From the IMG/VR virus record IMGVR_UViG_2713896903_000008: 11,127 nt of DNA, one strand, 5' to 3'. Origin of the DNA: a virus. Taxonomy: Duplodnaviria > Heunggongvirae > Uroviricota > Caudoviricetes. Shown piece after piece: positions 1-4,901 of the stretch. The notes beneath the pieces are model-generated. The model worked only from the letters and a program-made list of their open reading frames with translations, searched no databases and was not told the DNA's origin. Each line of letters begins with the position of its first letter. Position 1 is the stretch's first letter. A program made the position numbers and the translations under genes.

Positions 1-513
1 TTCATCAAGAACCAGCAGATCCACTTCGCACAGTTCCCGCAAAAATTTTTCGCCTGACTGCCCGTCATCATAGCTGGCATGCAGGGCACTCATAACATCA
101 GCCACGGTAACCACAATCACTGTCTGACCGTCTTTCAGCAGGCGATTTCCGATAGCCGCCGCTAAATGGTTCTTCCCGGTACCAGGTTTTCCGCTGAACG
201 CAAAATTTGTACACCCGGTCATCAGTTCATCGGCGATGGATTTCGCCTGGCTTAACGCGTATCGCTGGCCGTCGTTCTGCACCTGGTAATTCGCAAACGA
301 GCATTTACGGTGCAACGGCTGGATGCCAGAGCGATTCAGGATTTTTTCCACCCGCAACTGACGATTCAGGCGGTTGATCTCCTCGCAACGTTTCTGGCCT
401 TCAGCAAGTTGCCACTCGCGCCACTCCGCAACCGTTCTGAATGGGGCGGTTACATGTGGTGGGGTCAGTCTGCGGATACGTTCCAGAACGCCTCCTGTCG
501 CAATATTTTTCAT
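1..513 (-). CDS. ydaV: DnaC-family AAA+ replicative-helicase loader (prophage YdaV-like); 5' part only, gene continues past the left window edge
   Basis: Minus-strand ATG at 513 (plus 'cat' 511-513) with GGGGGT Shine-Dalgarno just upstream. The frame stays open to position 1, which is why it is absent from the complete-ORF track. Translation starts MKNIATGGVLERIRRL and contains Walker A GKPGTGKNHLAAAIGN. It lies 6 nt downstream of the ydaU-like stop, as in the lambda O-P / Rac ydaU-ydaV arrangement. Confidence 0.85.
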   Translation of the reverse strand, partial: MKNIATGGVLERIRRLTPPHVTAPFRTVAEWREWQLAEGQKRCEEINRLNRQLRVEKILNRSGIQPLHRKCSFANYQVQNDGQRYALSQAKSIADELMTGCTNFAFSGKPGTGKNHLAAAIGNRLLKDGQTVIVVTVADVMSALHASYDDGQSGEKFLRELCEVDLLVLDE

Positions 514-519
514 GGTTCG

Positions 520-1302
520 TTACCCCCTGAAGCCTGGCGGGATCGCACTGTCCGGCAACGAGACGGTGTTAACCTGCCGAGGCAACGTCTCCGGTCGAAC
601 GCCTTTCGGCGCGAACAAGCCCTGGTATTCGTTGGCGATGCTGTGTCGAATCACCTGCTCAGGGGTAAAACCCTGCTGGCGGAATTTTTCCAGTTCCCGT
701 ATCGCCCCGTTAGCGCCCTGCTCCGTTCGAATCGGTTTTCGCAATGCCTGCCTGAACCGGACCCACTCATGCCAGAGTGTTTCCGGCAACCAATCGGGCA
801 ACTCAATAGCCTCCGGCTCGAATTTTTTAGATGCTCGTTTTTGGCGAGGGGGATTTAGGGGGAGATCAGTATTTATATCTTCCTCTTCCTCTGGTAACGC
901 TTTTTGATCCGTTTGTGTAACGCTGGCAGCGTTACCTTTTCGTTTCAGTTCGCGTATTTTTGTAACCCTCTCGTTTGTAATCGCCCGTTTTTTAGAGCTT
1001 TTTCCGTTATGACGTTCAAAGTTAGGTAGAGAAAGCCCACCGTTATTTTCGACCAGCCATCCAACCTGAATTAACGCATCAGCAAAACCAGCCATAAAAG
1101 TGATGCGATCTATTGCACTTTTTGTAACGCCGCGAGCGTTACACTCTGCGTTACCGTCTATCATTTGTTGATCCGCCCATGCCCAGAAGCGAATGACTTT
1201 CCCTAATGCGGCATCTGGATCAATATTCAGAATCTCAGCAAGCCTGAATATTTCCGGCTTATCCGGCGTAATAACCTCGAGCTTTATCCAGTTTGAAGCC
1301 AT
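520..1302 (-). CDS. ydaU: Putative phage replication-initiation protein (YdaU-like, lambda O position), 260 aa
   Basis: Complete 260-aa ORF between ydaT and the DnaC-like loader. ATG at 1302 preceded by GGTGA Shine-Dalgarno. It has an N-terminal globular part, a K/E-rich linker (KALPEEEEDINTD) and a C-terminal part. Assignment is by synteny and general resemblance, not a verified alignment. Confidence 0.7.
   Translation of the reverse strand: MASNWIKLEVITPDKPEIFRLAEILNIDPDAALGKVIRFWAWADQQMIDGNAECNARGVTKSAIDRITFMAGFADALIQVGWLVENNGGLSLPNFERHNGKSSKKRAITNERVTKIRELKRKGNAASVTQTDQKALPEEEEDINTDLPLNPPRQKRASKKFEPEAIELPDWLPETLWHEWVRFRQALRKPIRTEQGANGAIRELEKFRQQGFTPEQVIRHSIANEYQGLFAPKGVRPETLPRQVNTVSLPDSAIPPGFRG
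916..936. repeat. 21-bp dyad-symmetric element copy 1 (perfect core GTAACGCTG-G-CAGCGTTAC at 917-935), inside ydaU
   Basis: Read directly from the sequence; one of three copies of TGTAACGC-N5-GCGTTACA (see finding). Confidence 0.6.
1123..1143. repeat. 21-bp dyad-symmetric element copy 2 (TGTAACGC-cgcga-GCGTTACA), inside ydaU
   Basis: Read directly from the sequence; 8-bp perfect arms with 5-bp spacer. Confidence 0.6.
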
Positions 1303-1314
1303 TTGTTTTCACCT

Positions 1315-1335
1315 TGTAACGCTCGCAGCGTTACA
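1315..1335. promoter_or_regulatory. 21-bp dyad-symmetric element copy 3 (TGTAACGCT-cgc-AGCGTTACA), 13 bp upstream of the ydaU start in the ydaT-ydaU gap
   Basis: Read directly from the sequence; 9-bp perfect arms. On the minus strand it sits immediately downstream of a TTAAAT -10-like hexamer and upstream of the ydaU Shine-Dalgarno. Confidence 0.55.
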
Positions 1336-1379
1336 TTTAACTGATACCGAACAAAACAATCCGGCACGATTAATTTCAA

Positions 1380-1802
1380 TCAATGCACTACGACAGAATC
1401 GCCGGGCGACCCACCACCGCTGAAATGTGCTTTCCGGTAAACGGCCTGGACTGCATCATCATGCGCATCAATTGCCGTACTCAACGCTTCCTGCGCCGCC
1501 AGTAATGCACGGCGTTCCAGGGTATCGAAGATACAGAGTCGGTGACGCAGCTCGCGCGGAAGAATTGCCAGAACCGCAGGGATCAGTTTCTGAATTTTTT
1601 CCCTTTGCGCTTTCGTTTCACCTTTCAACCAACGGTGATAGATATTCTGCTGATTGTTCCAGTCCTTGCCAGGCACCAGGGGCAATTCGCCGCCCCCCTG
1701 GCGCAGATATTCTTCAGTAATTGCGTTAGCGACCCACGCCTGCCCTTTTTCAGATGCCAGGGCCAACAACACTGATTCGATATGCTCATGCCTGATTTTC
1801 AT
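1380..1802 (-). CDS. ydaT: Rac-prophage YdaT-family protein (toxic / CII-position protein), 140 aa
   Basis: 140-aa ORF starting MKIRHEHIESVLLALASEKGQAWVANAITEEYLRQGGGELP, recognised as YdaT. Its ATG overlaps the stop of the upstream Cro-like gene (ATGA overlap at 1799-1802), implying translational coupling. Confidence 0.8.
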   Translation of the reverse strand: MKIRHEHIESVLLALASEKGQAWVANAITEEYLRQGGGELPLVPGKDWNNQQNIYHRWLKGETKAQREKIQKLIPAVLAILPRELRHRLCIFDTLERRALLAAQEALSTAIDAHDDAVQAVYRKAHFSGGGSPGDSVVVH

Positions 1803-2044
1803 GAATCAACCGCTCCTATGCTGTTTTCGCTATGCTTACCGTCTGGGGGGAATACATCGTCAAGTCCACAATGAGCACCAAGCCGATTAAGGGTGGAAAC
1901 AATTTTTCTGCACTCTTCTAGCCCAGGAGTACGAAAATTTGCTTCGTAATTTGCCAGTCGGCTTTGTATCCACCCTAACTGAACAGCAAGTTGTCTTTGA
2001 GACAACCCAAGCTGTTTTCGATATGTTGAAATTTTGTTCATCAT
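1799..2044 (-). CDS. Cro-like HTH (XRE-family) regulator, 81 aa (YdaS position)
   Basis: Tandem ATG ATG at 2044/2041 preceded by AGGAGG (plus 'cctcct' 2047-2052). HTH segment LGLSQRQLAVQLGWIQSRLANYEA. Divergent from the repressor gene across a ~95-bp operator region. Start could be 2041. Confidence 0.8.
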   Translation of the reverse strand: MMNKISTYRKQLGLSQRQLAVQLGWIQSRLANYEANFRTPGLEECRKIVSTLNRLGAHCGLDDVFPPDGKHSENSIGAVDS

Positions 2045-2063
2045 TACCTCCTGTTTCTATTAT

Positions 2064-2125
2064 TCACATTTCGTGAGCGAGATCAACTGCAGATACGTGA
2101 GTACCGCCAATTTCACACATCGTGA
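2064..2125. promoter_or_regulatory. Divergent immunity switch: operators TCACA-ttt-CGTGA (2064-2076) and TCACA-cat-CGTGA (2113-2125), a degenerate half-site CGTGAG at 2096-2101 between them, with candidate promoters for both HTH genes
   Basis: Two 13-bp near-palindromes with identical half-sites, centres ~49 bp apart. Minus-strand -35 TTGATC (plus 2081-2086) and -10 AATAAT bracket operator 1. Plus-strand extended -10 TGaTAAAAT (2123-2131) overlaps operator 2. Confidence 0.6.
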
Positions 2126-2138
2126 TAAAATCGGAACT

Positions 2139-2528
2139 ATGAAAACGATTGCAGAACAAATAGGCGAGCGCCTAAAAGCCACTCGGCTAAATCGAGGATT
2201 AAGTATGGGAAACCTGGCAAAACTATGTGGTTGGTCAGGTTCTTCTCGTATTGCTAACTACGAAGCTGGCACCAGGAGTGTGGGGGCTGAGGATGCGATC
2301 ATCCTCGGCCAAGTACTAGGCATTTCCCCCGCAGAATTAATGTTCGGTGAACAGGAAAACACGTACTCATGGTTAAATGATAACCAGAAAAAAATGCTAG
2401 AGCTGTTTAATCAGCTCCCGGGATCAGAACAAGCACGCATGATTGATCTGTTCGAAATCCGTCTTCAAGAGCTTGATGAGTATGTGGAAAAATATCTAAG
2501 AAGCAGGCAACAGAAAAAATCCTCCTAA
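2139..2528 (+). CDS. cI-like HTH (XRE-family) prophage repressor, ~129 aa (RacR position); no S24 peptidase domain recognisable
   Basis: The track ORF starts at a TTG at 2034, but its first 35 codons overlap the Cro-like start and promoter and translate to low-complexity sequence. Start is taken at ATG 2139 (MKTIAEQIGERLKATRLNRGLSMGNLAKLCGWSGSSRIANYEAG). HTH followed by a ~60-aa helical C-terminal region. Followed by an intrinsic terminator. Confidence 0.75.
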   Translation: MKTIAEQIGERLKATRLNRGLSMGNLAKLCGWSGSSRIANYEAGTRSVGAEDAIILGQVLGISPAELMFGEQENTYSWLNDNQKKMLELFNQLPGSEQARMIDLFEIRLQELDEYVEKYLRSRQQKKSS

Positions 2529-2554
2529 ACCTTTAATCTCCCTCGATTCCAATC

Positions 2555-2587
2555 AAAAAGCTCTCGCTATTAGCGAGGGCTTTTTTT
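2555..2587. terminator. Rho-independent terminator after the repressor gene (9-bp stem GCTCTCGCT/AGCGAGGGC, 3-nt loop, T7 tail; A5 on the 5' side, possibly bidirectional)
   Basis: Stem 2560-2568 pairs with 2572-2580 (one G-U pair); TTTTTTT at 2581-2587; AAAAA at 2555-2559. Confidence 0.75.
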
Positions 2588-2640
2588 GTCCATCAAAAAT
2601 CCAAAAACAACATTGCTCACATATTGAGTTGACAAATCAC

Positions 2641-2653
2641 TCACGATATGTGA
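2641..2653. promoter_or_regulatory. Third copy of the immunity operator, inverted (TCACG-ata-TGTGA = reverse complement of TCACA-tat-CGTGA), just downstream of a consensus -35 TTGACA (2629-2634)
   Basis: Read directly from the sequence. Its position relative to TTGACA places the operator over the spacer/-10 of a plus-strand promoter aimed at ydaG-ydaF, i.e. a PL-like position. Confidence 0.5.
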
Positions 2654-2834
2654 GCATTTGCCATATCCAAACAACGCCCCACCAGAGAACGGCAGGACAA
2701 TACCTTGAGTTATCCAGCCACTGAACAGGGCTAAGTAGCCAGCCTGAGGCATACGAACATGACGGCAGTTGTTGATTGATACAAAGCGCAGTAGATAAAA
2801 CGTTCCGCCACCCGGCGTTAAGGGGAGAGATAAG

Positions 2835-2969
2835 ATGGTGCATTACGAAGTAGTTCAGTATTTGATGGATTGTTGCGGCATCACTTACAACCAGGCTGTG
2901 CAGGCTTTACGCAGCAACGACTGGGATCTCTGGCAGGCAGAAGCCTCTATCCGCAACAACAAGATGTGA
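2835..2969 (+). CDS. ydaG: Small protein YdaG-like, 44 aa (below ORF-track cutoff); predicted three-helix UBA-like fold
   Basis: ATG 2835 preceded by GGGGAGAG Shine-Dalgarno; translation MVHYEVVQYLMDCCGITYNQAVQALRSNDWDLWQAEASIRNNKM; stop TGA 2967-2969. Length and position match what I recall for Rac ydaG. Confidence 0.6.
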   Translation: MVHYEVVQYLMDCCGITYNQAVQALRSNDWDLWQAEASIRNNKM

Positions 2970-2979
2970 GGTGCGAAAA

Positions 2980-3135
2980 ATGCAAAAAATCGACCTCGGC
3001 AATAACGAATCCATTGTGTGCGGCGTGTTCCCCAACCAAGATGGAACGTTCACTGCTATGACGTATACCAAAAGCAAAACATTTAAAACAGAAACTGGTG
3101 CGCGCCGATGGTTGGAGAAGCACACAGTAAGCTAA
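2980..3135 (+). CDS. ydaF: Small basic protein YdaF-like, 51 aa (below ORF-track cutoff)
   Basis: ATG 2980 preceded by GAGGTG; translation MQKIDLGNNESIVCGVFPNQDGTFTAMTYTKSKTFKTETGARRWLEKHTVS; stop TAA 3133-3135. It lies 10 nt after the ydaG stop and overlaps the convergent sieB stop by 4 bp. Confidence 0.6.
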   Translation: MQKIDLGNNESIVCGVFPNQDGTFTAMTYTKSKTFKTETGARRWLEKHTVS

Positions 3136-3620
3136 CGATTAAAACGTCTACTCCTGCTGTTCCAGAATAACTTCATAAAATGGGAGTATTTTTCGGTGAC
3201 GAGATAATAAGAACAGTTTGCGCTATCACTCTGATGTTGAATGATGCCCTTCCGTTCTAATTTTTTCATAACCGGGTTACGGCAAGGAGAAGTGATAATA
3301 AGATTTCCTGTTTTAAGGAAATCTTTAAATACAGCGATTTCTTTCTCAGATAAACGAAGCAATACTCGTTGCTCTGGTAGTAATGAATAATGCTTTTGAA
3401 TATGTGCTCGCAATCTTGAGAAGGAAATGGCGACCACGAAAGAAAAGGCAAAAACGATAATCTGAAAGAGCCAAGGTATTTCAGTATAAGCATTGAATGC
3501 GACAGTAAACTCTTTCGGTATCAGCCCGAGAGTGAGACCAAAAATGATAATCGTATACATAAGTCTTTCGAGTGGCTCGTTAGCAAAAAGTTTCAACAAT
3601 GGAGTAAATACATCCAACAT
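3132..3620 (-). CDS. sieB: Superinfection exclusion protein B (SieB), 162 aa, membrane protein
   Basis: Translation from ATG 3620: MLDVFTPLLKLFANEPLERLMYTIIIFGLTLGLIPKEF, recognised as SieB with hydrophobic segments. The track ORF extends to 3743 (203 aa), but the 41 extra codons run through GC-rich hairpin sequence and look non-coding. Confidence 0.85.
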   Translation of the reverse strand: MLDVFTPLLKLFANEPLERLMYTIIIFGLTLGLIPKEFTVAFNAYTEIPWLFQIIVFAFSFVVAISFSRLRAHIQKHYSLLPEQRVLLRLSEKEIAVFKDFLKTGNLIITSPCRNPVMKKLERKGIIQHQSDSANCSYYLVTEKYSHFMKLFWNSRSRRFNR

Positions 3621-3838
3621 ATCAATAACTCTCAACTGTAAGGGTATTGAAATGTTAACACAAGCTCTCGCTGTAGGGGTATAGCCGAGACCACCGAAGC
3701 CCGGAGGTGGTGAAATAAAACCGGGCACAACACGAAGGCGCATTTCCGATATCCATAAAGAGTCGGTCTTGTCTGTTAAATTTAAATGGTGGGAGTGCGC
3801 CTCCGGTTGTAAATAACGACATTGCTGTGTGTAGTCCT

Positions 3839-3886
3839 GGCGGCATCAGTTTTTTTCTTGAAGTTCGGCTGATGTCCGCCCTTTTT
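3839..3886 (+). terminator. Terminator-like GC-rich hairpin with T-run in the sieB-kilR intergenic region
   Basis: GGCGGCATCAG (3839-3849) pairs with CTGATG-T-CCGCC (3869-3880): 11 bp with one bulged T, 19-nt loop, followed by CTTTTT (3881-3886). Only the plus strand has the U-run. Confidence 0.35.
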
Positions 3887-4060
3887 AAAGTGAATTTTGT
3901 GATGCGGTGAATGCGGCTAAGCGCACGCGGAACAGTTAAAGCTAAAAACAGTGTTATGGGTGGATTCTCTGTATCCGGCGTTAATTGTTAACTGGTTAAC
4001 GTCACCTGGAGGCACCAGGCACCGCATCGACAAAATTCATTTGTAAAAATGGAGATAATT

Positions 4061-4282
4061 ATGATTACTCATCACTTCGGAACTGATGAAATACCACGTC
4101 AGTGTGTAACTCCTGGCGATTATGTTCTTCATGAAGGCCGGACATATATCGCCTCGGCAAACAATATAAAAAAGCGAAAACTTTATATTCGTAGCCTGAC
4201 CACAAAAACATGCATTTCTGACTGCATGGTTAAAGTCTTCCTCGGTAGTGATGGTTTACCTGTAAAAGCGGAGTCATGGTGA
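4061..4282 (+). CDS. kilR: KilR, Rac-prophage cell-division (FtsZ) inhibitor, 73 aa
   Basis: ATG 4061 with GGAG 5 nt upstream; translation [46 protein letters not shown], recognised as KilR. The track ORF start at 4049 lacks a Shine-Dalgarno. Confidence 0.85.
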   Translation: MITHHFGTDEIPRQCVTPGDYVLHEGRTYIASANNIKKRKLYIRSLTTKTCISDCMVKVFLGSDGLPVKAESW

Positions 4283-4452
4283 TGGATAAGAAAATAAAAT
4301 GTGCTTACCACCTTTGCAAAAAAGACGTTGAAGAAAGCAAAACTATTGAAAGAATGCTTCATTTCATGCACGGAACTTTATCAAAAAACGAACCGAGAAA
4401 ATATTGCAGTGAAGCTTGTGCCGAAAAAGACCAGATGGCACACGAACTTTAA
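4282..4452 (+). CDS. ydaE: Small Cys4 (zinc-ribbon-like) protein YdaE-like, 56 aa (below ORF-track cutoff)
   Basis: ATG overlaps the kilR stop (ATGA at 4280-4284). Translation [56 protein letters not shown] with Cys at 7, 12, 42, 46. Stop TAA 4450-4452. Confidence 0.65.
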   Translation: MDKKIKCAYHLCKKDVEESKTIERMLHFMHGTLSKNEPRKYCSEACAEKDQMAHEL

Positions 4453-4526
4453 TTAACTGACTATTCGAAACTGAATTTATGCCAGCAATGGCAGGGATTC
4501 GCTCAACCTTAATTAAGGAGAAAAAC

Positions 4527-4802
4527 ATGATTACCAATTATGAATCCACTGTTGTAACTACTGATGACATTGTTCACGAGGTCAATCTGGACGGAAAGCG
4601 TATTGGCTACGTGATTAAAACAGAAAATAAAGAAACCCCATTCACTGTGGTTGATATCGACGGTCCATCAGGCAACGTTAAAACACTTCACGAAGGCGTC
4701 AAAAAAATGTGCCTGGTGCACATTGGAAATAATCTGCCAGCAGAAAAAAAAGCTGAGTTTCTGGCAACTCTGATTGCAATGAAATTAAAAGGTGAAATTT
4801 GA
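4527..4802 (+). CDS. racC: RacC, 91 aa, function unknown
   Basis: ATG 4527 preceded by AAGGAG (4514-4519); translation MITNYESTVVTTDDIVHEVNLDGKRIGYVIKTENKETPFTVVDIDGPSGNVKTLHEGVKKM, recognised as RacC. The upstream in-frame ATG at 4479 has no Shine-Dalgarno. Confidence 0.8.
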   Translation: MITNYESTVVTTDDIVHEVNLDGKRIGYVIKTENKETPFTVVDIDGPSGNVKTLHEGVKKMCLVHIGNNLPAEKKAEFLATLIAMKLKGEI

Positions 4803-4901
4803 AAAAAGAAAGCCTGCACAGTGTACAGGCCTGAGTGAAAAACCTGGGACATTTATTCATCACTCGCACTAAATTTTAATCTGAGTTGAGGTTAAAAAAC
4901 A

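Noticed and set aside
310-907. Plus-strand ORFs 310-858 (182 aa) and 374-907 (177 aa)
   Set aside because: Fully antisense to the well-supported ydaV-like and ydaU-like genes; translations are Arg/Ser/Pro-rich low-complexity sequence with no ribosome-binding site. Judged to be shadow ORFs.
1193-1890. Plus-strand ORFs 1193-1423, 1427-1720, 1542-1775, 1654-1890
   Set aside because: Antisense to ydaU, ydaT and the Cro-like gene; overlapping each other in different frames; no Shine-Dalgarno. Shadow ORFs.
2034-2138. TTG-initiated 35-codon N-terminal extension of the repressor ORF (164-aa version)
   Set aside because: Overlaps the Cro-like start codon and its promoter and operators; translation (MFIITSCFYYSHFVSEINCRY...) looks like translated AT-rich promoter DNA. 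ATG 2139 fits a leaderless promoter arrangement better.
2570-2843. Minus-strand ORFs 2570-2752 (60 aa) and 2637-2843 (68 aa) in the repressor-ydaG gap
   Set aside because: No ribosome-binding sites; they run through the terminator and operator 3 and into the ydaG start. The first is moderately hydrophobic, so a small membrane peptide cannot be fully excluded, but there is no supporting signal.
2870-3125. ORFs 2870-3061 (+, 63 aa) and 2907-3125 (-, 72 aa)
   Set aside because: Overlap the better-supported ydaG/ydaF pair (which have Shine-Dalgarno sequences and tight spacing) in other frames or strand.
3621-3846. SieB N-terminal extension to 3743, minus-strand ORF 3655-3846 (63 aa), plus-strand ORF 3493-3684, and overlapping GC hairpins ACCACC/GGTGGT (3690-3711) and GCCCGG/CCGGGC (3699-3726)
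   Set aside because: The extension and small ORFs traverse GC-rich inverted repeats typical of untranslated leader structure and lack ribosome-binding sites. The two mutually exclusive stems probably lie in the sieB leader, but I could not tie them to a terminator or attenuator, so they are not called as features.
4049-4060. Upstream ATG starts for kilR (4049) and racC (4479)
   Set aside because: Neither has a Shine-Dalgarno, whereas the internal ATGs (4061, 4527) have GGAG / AAGGAG at ideal spacing and give the protein lengths I recall for KilR and RacC.
4183-4371. Minus-strand ORF 4183-4371 (62 aa)
   Set aside because: Antisense to the kilR / ydaE junction; no ribosome-binding site; shadow ORF.
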